From an uncultured Candidatus Binatia bacterium (GTDB taxonomy: Bacteria > Desulfobacterota > Binatia > UBA9968 > JAJDTQ01), in NCBI GenBank assembly GCA_965215605.1, contig OZ244070.1:2560001-2624000 (forward strand): a stretch of DNA of 64,000 nt, read 5' to 3'. Below are positions 57,190-64,000 of this stretch, piece by piece. The position numbers were made by a program, and so were the translations under genes. The first letter of the stretch is position 1; each line of letters begins with the position of its first letter. Under the pieces are notes generated by a model. That model was not told where the DNA came from and did no database searches. It saw nothing but the letters and a program-made list of their open reading frames with translations.

Positions 57190-58416
57190 CTAGGCCGTTC
57201 TGGGCCGGTCGCCGGGCAGGCCGCGGGGTTTGAGGGCGCGGATGACCAGCGGGCCCACGAGCAGCACGATGGTGATGTGGCCAAAGGCGATGCCCCAGTT
57301 GGTCACGCTCTCGCCGCCGAGCGCGTGCAGGATCAGGCCCATCGCCAACGGTCCGACAAAGCCGCCGCCATAGCCCAGCATCGCGTGCACCGCCAGCGCG
57401 GCGCCACGCCGCTCCGGGTCGGCATTGCCGACGGCGCCGGCGGTGAGTGACGACGAATCCGCGTAGATCACCGCGTTGTAGAGGAGACAGACGGTAGCGG
57501 CCGCGCCGTATCCCATCCCCGCCGTGAAGCCGACCATCAGCGCCAGCGCCATGGATGCCGTGAAGACCAGTCGGATCCAGCGCGGACGCCCCAGCCGGCG
57601 CGCCATCTCGTTGCCGAGAACGTTGGAGGCCGTCCCGAGCAGTCCCGCCAGGGTCGCCACCACGGTGGGAACCAGGAAATTCGGCGTACCGCCGCCTTGC
57701 GCCGCCGTGAAGGTCAGGAAGGTCACGAGCCAGGAGCGCACGACGAACATCTCCCAGGTGTGGGCGCAGTAACCCAGCGCATAGGCCATGACCGAGGCGT
57801 TGCGGAACACCGGCTTGAAATCCAGGAGGCGCACCGCGGGTGCCGCTCTCTCCCTGCGCGGACCTGGCGGAAAACACGTCAAGGCCAGGAGCAGCGCGCC
57901 GAAGGCCCCGCCCGCTCCGAGCATGAACGCGGCCTGCCAGCCGAATTTCGCCGTCACCGCGCCGGCGATGACGAAGGAAAACGAGCTGCTGATGCCGATG
58001 CTGGCGGCATGAGCGGCCACCGCCCGCGATTGCGCCGGCCCCTCCACCTGGTCGGCCAGCGCCTTGAGCCCCACCATGTAGGTCCCGGCCCAACCGATCC
58101 CGTTCAGCGCGCGGAAGATGAGGCCGGTCCAGAAACCGTCCGCGAGGAAGGCCATGCCGAGATGGGACAGCATGGTCGTGGAAACCGCGCACATGTAGAC
58201 CTTGCGCGCATCGGTGCGGTCCGTCATCGGCAACAGGACCGGCACCGCAACGGCGTAGGCCCCGAAGATGATGCCGGAGAGCCAGCCCGCCTCCGCGTGG
58301 CTGAGGGACCATTCCGCGAAAAACGCCGGCAGCAGCGCCGCGAACGCCATGGCGCCGATCTGGGCCAGGGACTGCGCCAGGCAGAAGACGGCGATGACAA
58401 ATCCGCTTTGGGTCAC
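57190..58416 (-). CDS. MFS transporter
   Basis: about 12 TM segments; probable GTG start at 58416 (longest ORF start 58452). Confidence 0.85.
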   Translation of the reverse strand: MTQSGFVIAVFCLAQSLAQIGAMAFAALLPAFFAEWSLSHAEAGWLSGIIFGAYAVAVPVLLPMTDRTDARKVYMCAVSTTMLSHLGMAFLADGFWTGLIFRALNGIGWAGTYMVGLKALADQVEGPAQSRAVAAHAASIGISSSFSFVIAGAVTAKFGWQAAFMLGAGGAFGALLLALTCFPPGPRRERAAPAVRLLDFKPVFRNASVMAYALGYCAHTWEMFVVRSWLVTFLTFTAAQGGGTPNFLVPTVVATLAGLLGTASNVLGNEMARRLGRPRWIRLVFTASMALALMVGFTAGMGYGAAATVCLLYNAVIYADSSSLTAGAVGNADPERRGAALAVHAMLGYGGGFVGPLAMGLILHALGGESVTNWGIAFGHITIVLLVGPLVIRALKPRGLPGDRPRTA

Positions 58417-58530
58417 GGCAAGGATGCTACCACGCCAGCCCGCGCGCCACATATCGTATGGTAGAATGGGTGTTCGTGAAGTTCCGAGGTTTCTCCCCGG
58501 ACATCCCCGGGCAACAACGGGAGGTTCGCC

Positions 58531-58863
58531 ATGCCCAAGCCAGAGCTCGAGTTCTTTCCGGTAGATGATCTACCTTGGGTGCCGGTGGAGGGCGCGCCGC
58601 CGGGTCATTATCAAAAGATATTGACCGAGGACCCGGAGACCGGGTTCGTCACCCGGCTTCTCAAGGTGGATCCCGGCGGCGCGAGCACGGATACCTTCGT
58701 CCACGACTTCTGGGAGGAGGTGTACATCGTGGAGGGGAGCCAGTGGGATGGAAACCGACTCTTGAAGAAGGGGATGTATGCCTGCCGTCCCCCGGGAATG
58801 AAGCACGGTCCCTACCGGACGGAGGAAGGCTGCATGACGCTGGAGTTTCGCTACGTCCGGTAG
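58531..58863 (+). CDS. ChrR-like cupin
   Basis: HDFWEEVYI.EG, RPPG..HGP; GGAGG RBS. Confidence 0.85.
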   Translation: MPKPELEFFPVDDLPWVPVEGAPPGHYQKILTEDPETGFVTRLLKVDPGGASTDTFVHDFWEEVYIVEGSQWDGNRLLKKGMYACRPPGMKHGPYRTEEGCMTLEFRYVR

Positions 58864-58887
58864 GCTGCGCTGCGTGAGCGGTTGAAA

Positions 58888-59523
58888 TCAGGCCGGAGCA
58901 AGCACGAAGTCGAAGCGTCCGAGCCAGCCTTGCGGGGTGCGGCCCAGGTCCAGCAGCAGGTCGTCGTGAAAGATCGAGTCCCGGGCGTTCTCGCCGGGCA
59001 GGTCGGGAAAGTAGAGCTGAGTGGTGAGCAGGCGCGTGGACGGGCCCTGGACCTTGACGTGGATGTGCGGCGTGCGCCCGGTATAGCGCACGGGCCGGAT
59101 GGTCTCGAAGCGAAACGCCCCGGCGGCGTCGGTGTATTGATGGCCGCGATACCGGAAACCGGAATTGTCGTAGCGGCCCTGCTCGTCGGTATGCCAGATG
59201 TCGACCACGGCGCCGCCGACGGGACGGCAGTCCGGCGAAAGCACCAGGCCCTGCACTACAAGCGGCCGGCCGCTTGTGTCCGGTTCCCGCAAATTCGTCC
59301 GAAGCGGAGTTTCCGGAGTGTAGAACGGTCCCTCGGTCGACTCGGGTATGGCGCGCGTGCAGGCAAGCGGCGGAGCGAGTCCAAGGGAGCGGTCGGCGGC
59401 GGGACCGGAAAAAGGATAGCCCAGGAGCGTCGCCCGGGTCCGGGCCAGACAGGACAGGGTGGTGACGCCTGCCGCCGCCGCTGCAATCAGGGCGGCGCGA
59501 CGGGAGAACGTACGCGGCAGCAT
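58888..59523 (-). CDS. Intradiol ring-cleavage dioxygenase-like protein with Tat signal
   Basis: SRRAAL, EGPFY, DIWH, GRY, RTPHIH, LTTQLYF. Confidence 0.88.
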   Translation of the reverse strand: MLPRTFSRRAALIAAAAAGVTTLSCLARTRATLLGYPFSGPAADRSLGLAPPLACTRAIPESTEGPFYTPETPLRTNLREPDTSGRPLVVQGLVLSPDCRPVGGAVVDIWHTDEQGRYDNSGFRYRGHQYTDAAGAFRFETIRPVRYTGRTPHIHVKVQGPSTRLLTTQLYFPDLPGENARDSIFHDDLLLDLGRTPQGWLGRFDFVLAPA

Positions 59524-59529
59524 GGGAGA

Positions 59530-59558
59530 ATCATAAGCTGACCGGCAAGGCCGGTCAA
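59530..59558 (-). promoter_or_regulatory. sigma70 promoter with embedded inverted repeat; leaderless start
   Basis: TTGACC-17-TATGAT-6-ATG; TGACCGGC-AAG-GCCGGTCA at 59539-59557. Confidence 0.7.
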
Positions 59559-59595
59559 CCGGCGCCCCGACTTCGGAGCCGTCTGGCTTGCAGGC

Positions 59596-59721
59596 AAGCA
59601 GGTCGAGGCGGCGAAGTTGCCTGGACTGTCTCAGCCGGACGTGTCACGGCTTCTGCGAGGAGATTCCCGTGAGTATTCCATGGAGCCCCTGTTCCGTTTG
59701 TTGACGGACGGCATCGGTTGA
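59596..59721 (+). pseudogene. Remnant of an XRE-family HTH (HigA-like antitoxin/regulator)
   Basis: translates as KQVEAAKLPGLSQPDVSRLLRGDSREYSMEPLFRLLT, with no start codon ahead of the HTH. Confidence 0.75.
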
Positions 59722-59728
59722 AGAGATC

Positions 59729-60106
59729 ATGCGAGACGACCTCCTGCTCTACGACGGCGAGTGCATCTACTGCCGGACGTACGCTCGGAAGGCCAGGATC
59801 AGGACCCCCGCGGGAAAGCGGCTGCCGTTCATCGACGGCAGGAAGGCGCCCCAACTCGTCGAGGAGCTTCGGCGGGACGGATGCGACATCGAGGACGGCA
59901 TGATCCTCATCCTGGAGGGCCGTCGCTACCAGGGGGCCGAGGCCATGGAGGTGCTGGGCTCCTTGGCCACAGAACCCGGATGGGTCAACGGGCTGACGCG
60001 GTGGGTGGGTTCCAAATCCGAACGGGCGCGCTTCTTGTACCCGTGGTTCCGGCGCTTGCGTCGGATGGGTCTGTGGATGGCCGGCAAGTCCGGCTTCCAT
60101 GAGTGA
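59729..60106 (+). CDS. DCC/DUF393 thiol-disulfide oxidoreductase family
   Basis: LLYDGECIYC, Y.GAEA. Confidence 0.8.
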   Translation: MRDDLLLYDGECIYCRTYARKARIRTPAGKRLPFIDGRKAPQLVEELRRDGCDIEDGMILILEGRRYQGAEAMEVLGSLATEPGWVNGLTRWVGSKSERARFLYPWFRRLRRMGLWMAGKSGFHE

Positions 60107-60585
60107 AGAAGTTCCCCCCTGCCGGCGAAGGGCTGGTGCTGACCGCGCAGCTCCGGTCGTTGCTCTACCCCGTAGCCAAGAACCTGACCCTTTCCTCCCT
60201 GCGCCAGCGCGCGCGTATCGACGACTCCGCGGAGTTCGATCCGGCGCGCCTGTCGGCGGCCGTGGAAACCGGCGGGGCGGACGGCATCCGTGATCTCAAG
60301 GTAATCGAATCCGCCCTCGCGCGCCCTTTGAACGTCGCGGCGTATGGTAGCCCGGATGCGGCTGACCTGGCTGCCGTCTATGCCCATGGCCTCGCCAACA
60401 ACCACGGCTTCGTCGACGGCAATAGGCGGACGGCCTGGGTCACCGCGCGGCTGTTCCTGGCCGACAACGGCCAGCGCCTTGAGTTCGACCCCCTGGACGC
60501 AATCCGGACCATGGAGGACGTGGCTGGCGGCCGTATTGGCGAAACCGATCTCGCCGGCTGGTTTCGCCGGCATGTCATGGCCTAA
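60103..60585 (+). CDS. Doc (death-on-curing) Fic-family toxin with atypical N-terminus
   Basis: GG..GIRD...IESALARP, NHGFVDGNRRT. Confidence 0.75.
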   Translation: MKKFPPAGEGLVLTAQLRSLLYPVAKNLTLSSLRQRARIDDSAEFDPARLSAAVETGGADGIRDLKVIESALARPLNVAAYGSPDAADLAAVYAHGLANNHGFVDGNRRTAWVTARLFLADNGQRLEFDPLDAIRTMEDVAGGRIGETDLAGWFRRHVMA

Positions 60586-60603
60586 GCGACTTCTGTGGCT
60601 GTC

Positions 60604-62199
60604 CTATCCTCGGCGCGCCCCGGCCTCCGCCGTCCCCGCCACCGCCACGGGCCGCGGCGCCCGCCGCGTTTTCAGAAACCACACCAACACCACCAGCCCC
60701 AGGTACATGAGGCCGATCATGATGAAGAGTTGGTGGTAGGCGAGGGTGACGCCTTCGTTCAGGAGGCTGAATCCGAACAGCGACAGGGCCCTTTCGTCGA
60801 GGGCGATGCCGAACTGTCCGGCGTGCTGCAGCATGGCGCTGAGCTGGGCCAGCACGTCGTCGCGCAGGGGTTCGGTCAGGCGGGCGCCCAGCGTGGGGGT
60901 CATGGCCTCGACCTTGTAGAAGATGTGGCGTTCCAGGAGGAAGCTCAGGGTGGCGATGCCGAAGGCCTCGCCGAGGCCGCGGGCCAGGCCCAGGATGCCG
61001 CTGCCCATGCGCGACTCGCCCTCGGGGAGCGCGCCCAGGGCGATGGAGTTGAGCGGCGCGTTGATGGTGGACTGGCCGATGCTCTTGAGTATCACCAGGA
61101 AGTAGATGACGCCCATGCCGGTCCAGATGGTGATGTTGGCGAGGCCGAACAGCGTGACCGTGAGGAGCACGAGCCCCGTCACCAGCAGGATCTTGGGCCC
61201 GAACCGGTCCGACAGCATGCCGGCGAAGGGCGACACGATGCCCACGGCGACGGCGGCGGGAAGCATGAAGATGCCGGCCTGCAGGGGCGGATAGAAGAGC
61301 GCCTTCTGGAGGAACAGGTTCAGGATGAAGCTGGTGCCGCGGAAGCCCATGACCCGGACCAGCACGATCATGCTGGAGATGCTGAAGTTGAGGTCTTTGA
61401 AGTAGCGGATCTGGACGTAGGGGTGCTCGGCCCTTAGCTCGACCATGATGAAGGCCGCGATGAGCAGCGCGGCGGTTCCGAACAGCGACAGGATCCGCTG
61501 GCTGGTCCAGCCCTCCGCCTGGCCCTGGGTGAGCCCCAGGAGCATGACCACGAGGCCGCCGGTGAGGGTGAGGAATCCCAGCAGGTCGAAGGAGGACGGC
61601 TTGTGGGAGGCGGACCGCCGGGGAAGGATGAACATGGCCGCCATGACCGCCAGCGCCAACGTCGGCAGGGGCAGGTAGAAGATCGTCCGCCAGCTTATGT
61701 ACTGGGCCAGGTAGCCGCCGGCCGGAGGTCCGAAGAACGGCCCCAGCGACCAGCCGGTCATGAAGAGCCCCATGGCCAGCCCGCGCTCGTTGCGGGGAAA
61801 GGCCTCGTACATGATGGACATGGACACGCCGATGAGGGGCCCCACCCCCATGCCCTGGATGATGCGGAAGAAGATCAGCGAGTTGACGTCCCAGGCGATG
61901 GAACACAGGAACGAGCCGGCGCCGAAGGTCGCGGCGCTCAGGATGAACAGGTTGCGGTCGCCGATGCGCTGTCCCAGCCAGCCCACGCAGGGAATCAGCA
62001 CCGTGCGGGTGATCATGAACGCGATCAGCACCCATTGGATCCGGTGCAGCGAGGTGCCCAGGGACGACATCATCGCCGGGATGGCGGTGTCGACGCCGGT
62101 GATGCCCAGCCCGACGCTGATCATCCCCAGGGAGAGGGTGATGGTAATAGGCCACTTCCGGGCGGGATCGTAGGTCTGGACGGGGGGCGTGGGCGTCAT
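60604..62199 (-). CDS. emrB: DHA2 (EmrB-type) MFS efflux permease
   Basis: about 14 TM segments, FRIIQG.G.G, SWR.IFY; adjacent to membrane fusion protein. Confidence 0.85.
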   Translation of the reverse strand: MTPTPPVQTYDPARKWPITITLSLGMISVGLGITGVDTAIPAMMSSLGTSLHRIQWVLIAFMITRTVLIPCVGWLGQRIGDRNLFILSAATFGAGSFLCSIAWDVNSLIFFRIIQGMGVGPLIGVSMSIMYEAFPRNERGLAMGLFMTGWSLGPFFGPPAGGYLAQYISWRTIFYLPLPTLALAVMAAMFILPRRSASHKPSSFDLLGFLTLTGGLVVMLLGLTQGQAEGWTSQRILSLFGTAALLIAAFIMVELRAEHPYVQIRYFKDLNFSISSMIVLVRVMGFRGTSFILNLFLQKALFYPPLQAGIFMLPAAVAVGIVSPFAGMLSDRFGPKILLVTGLVLLTVTLFGLANITIWTGMGVIYFLVILKSIGQSTINAPLNSIALGALPEGESRMGSGILGLARGLGEAFGIATLSFLLERHIFYKVEAMTPTLGARLTEPLRDDVLAQLSAMLQHAGQFGIALDERALSLFGFSLLNEGVTLAYHQLFIMIGLMYLGLVVLVWFLKTRRAPRPVAVAGTAEAGARRG

Positions 62200-62217
62200 G
62201 GCGCGGCGGGCCGACCG

Positions 62218-63093
62218 TTACCGGCCCGTACCACTGGCCTGCAGGCCGTCCTGCCGGCCCTCGGGCTTCTCGATCCGCACCACGGCGAGCATGCCGACGC
62301 GGAGGATGCCGTCTGTGTTCTTCACCGCGATCTTCACGGGCAGCTTCTGCGTGGACTTGATGAACACGCCGGTGAGCTTCTGCGGCGAGAACAGGGAGAA
62401 CTCGGAGGTGGTGGCGCCGCCCACGTCCGTGACCTCGCCCTCGAACTCCACGCCGGGGTACGAGTCCAGCCGGACCGTGGCCTTGTTGCCGGGCCTCACG
62501 AAGCGGATCTCGGTCTCGTCCACGTTGGCTTCCACCCAGTAGCGGCTGGAGTCCACCACCATGAACACGGGCTCGCCGGGCTGCACGAACTCGCCCCGGT
62601 GGGCGTTCTTCTTCACCACCATGCCCTTCACCGGACTGCGCAGCGTCATGAGCCCCCGCCGGAACTCCAACTCCTGCAACTCCGCCTCGGCCTCGCGCAC
62701 CCGGGCCTTCTTCGCCAGCAGCTCGGCTTCCCCGAGCGCGTGCTGCCGCCCGTCGCCGGCATGGCCGAGCTCACGCTCCACCTGCAGCAACTGGCTGCGG
62801 GCGTAGTCCACGGCGGCCTTGTGCTGCTCGATGCGGATCCGGATCTCCCGCGTGTCGAGCTCCACCATGACGTCGCCGGGCTCCACCGCGTCGCCCTCGT
62901 CCTTCCCGAGGGCGCTGATCCTGCCGGGCACCTCGGTGCTGATGGTGACGATGTCGGCCTTGACCCGCGCGTCGTCGGTGGTGATGTAGCCCAGCGACGA
63001 CCACACCCAGACGCCGAAGGCCGCGATGACCAGCACCATGACGGCCGCGGTCCCCGCGAGCCATCGCTTCTTGCTCGATTCCATTGCAGCCAT
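62218..63093 (-). CDS. emrA: EmrA/HlyD membrane fusion protein
   Basis: TTDDARV, LRSPV.G.V, AN..ET, FSL....TG.F.K..Q. Confidence 0.88.
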   Translation of the reverse strand: MAAMESSKKRWLAGTAAVMVLVIAAFGVWVWSSLGYITTDDARVKADIVTISTEVPGRISALGKDEGDAVEPGDVMVELDTREIRIRIEQHKAAVDYARSQLLQVERELGHAGDGRQHALGEAELLAKKARVREAEAELQELEFRRGLMTLRSPVKGMVVKKNAHRGEFVQPGEPVFMVVDSSRYWVEANVDETEIRFVRPGNKATVRLDSYPGVEFEGEVTDVGGATTSEFSLFSPQKLTGVFIKSTQKLPVKIAVKNTDGILRVGMLAVVRIEKPEGRQDGLQASGTGR

Positions 63094-63317
63094 GCTCGTC
63101 GGCGCCTCGTGGGAGGCGTTGAAGGCGAGGATTGGGGTCGATGGGAACTGGACGGTCCGGCGTGGCGGCTTCGACCCTGACTTCGTGAACCACTAACACG
63201 TCCCCTGCCGATCCACAATGTAGCCGGAGCCGGGCAGGGCACCGGTACCACGCGGGCTTTTTCCGCCTCCTGCCGAGTCACTGTCCATAGTCTTGCGAAT
63301 TTTATATGCTGCCCGCC

Positions 63318-64000
63318 ATGAAAGAGATCCACTTCGTCGACACCACCCTTCGCGACGGCCCTTCGAGCCTCTGGGCCATGGGAATACGCACGGACATGAT
63401 CCTGCCCGTGGCCGCCCAGATGGATGAGGCCGGCTTCCTGGGGATGGAGATCATCGCCTCGGCCTTCTTCAAGAAATGCGTGCGCGAGCTCAAGGACGAC
63501 CCCTGGGCGCGTGTGCGGCGGGTCAAGGAACGGGTGCCCAAGACCCCTCTGCGGCTGATCCGGAACCGCTACATGGCGGCTTTCCAGCACACCCCGGAGG
63601 CGGTTCAGCAGCTCTGGCTGGAGCGGCTGGCGGCCAACGGCATCAGCGAAGCGCGCACCTCCGACCCTTCCAACACGCCCGCGGTATGGGCCGAGCAGGT
63701 CCGCACCGCCACCGCCGCCGGCCTTGATACCATCGTCAACCTGATCTTCTCCATCTCGCCCAAGCACACCGACGAATATTACGCGGAGCGCACCCGGGAG
63801 GCCGCGAAGCTGCCGGTGAAGCGCATCTGCCTCAAGGACCCGGGGGGCCTGTTCACGCCGGAGCGCACCCGCGCCCTGGCCCCGGTGGTGCTGGCGAACG
63901 CCGGCGGCATCCCGGTGGAGTTCCACACCCACTGCAACAGCGGCCTCGGACCCCTGTGCACCCTGGACGCCATCGAGGCGGGCATTCCCATCATCAACGC
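63318..64000 (+). CDS. Pyruvate carboxylase B/oxaloacetate decarboxylase alpha-like carboxyltransferase (partial)
   Basis: MKEIHFVDTTLRDG, CLKDPGG, EFHTHC; not in the ORF track because it runs off the window. Confidence 0.85.
   Translation, partial: MKEIHFVDTTLRDGPSSLWAMGIRTDMILPVAAQMDEAGFLGMEIIASAFFKKCVRELKDDPWARVRRVKERVPKTPLRLIRNRYMAAFQHTPEAVQQLWLERLAANGISEARTSDPSNTPAVWAEQVRTATAAGLDTIVNLIFSISPKHTDEYYAERTREAAKLPVKRICLKDPGGLFTPERTRALAPVVLANAGGIPVEFHTHCNSGLGPLCTLDAIEAGIPIIN

Noticed and set aside
63180-63230. Minus-strand GSGYIVDRQG peptide resembling an HtrA-type motif
   Set aside because: Very short, followed by a stop, and lies in a divergent promoter region; likely chance

Overview
High-GC bacterial chromosomal segment. 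Gene content and style suggest a Deltaproteobacteria/Binatia-like heterotroph (inference only). It holds about 55 CDS; I found no rRNA, tRNA, CRISPR array, integrase or transposase. Left part: sigma54-controlled nitrogen assimilation genes (glnA, amtB-glnK) interleaved with an iron ABC permease, speA and ppk1, followed by pckG. Middle: catabolic and transport genes (hydantoinase B/A, orphan solute-binding proteins, TRAP, TctC, CoxG), a lower-GC HipA-like kinase/HIRAN pair, hflKC-cupin, and a GT2 / helical protein / SplB-like radical SAM trio. Then housekeeping genes (secA, argJ, gatCA and gatB split by a thiolase, rnhB, yraN, serS), an AAA-DUF4143 gene, a branched-chain-type ABC system, a desaturase, toxin-antitoxin remnants and emrAB. 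Most notable: (i) four phased 22-bp repeats directly upstream of the AAA-DUF4143 ATPase-nuclease; (ii) SecA with a ~270-aa helical segment in its variable region; (iii) an SplB-like radical SAM enzyme lacking the SP-lyase Cys, clustered with a GT2; (iv) a 107-aa collapsed amidohydrolase with intact expression signals; (v) repeated leaderless promoter architecture; (vi) a CCGTCAT..ATCCAGG REP-like family. All family calls come from motif recognition by eye, not database searches.
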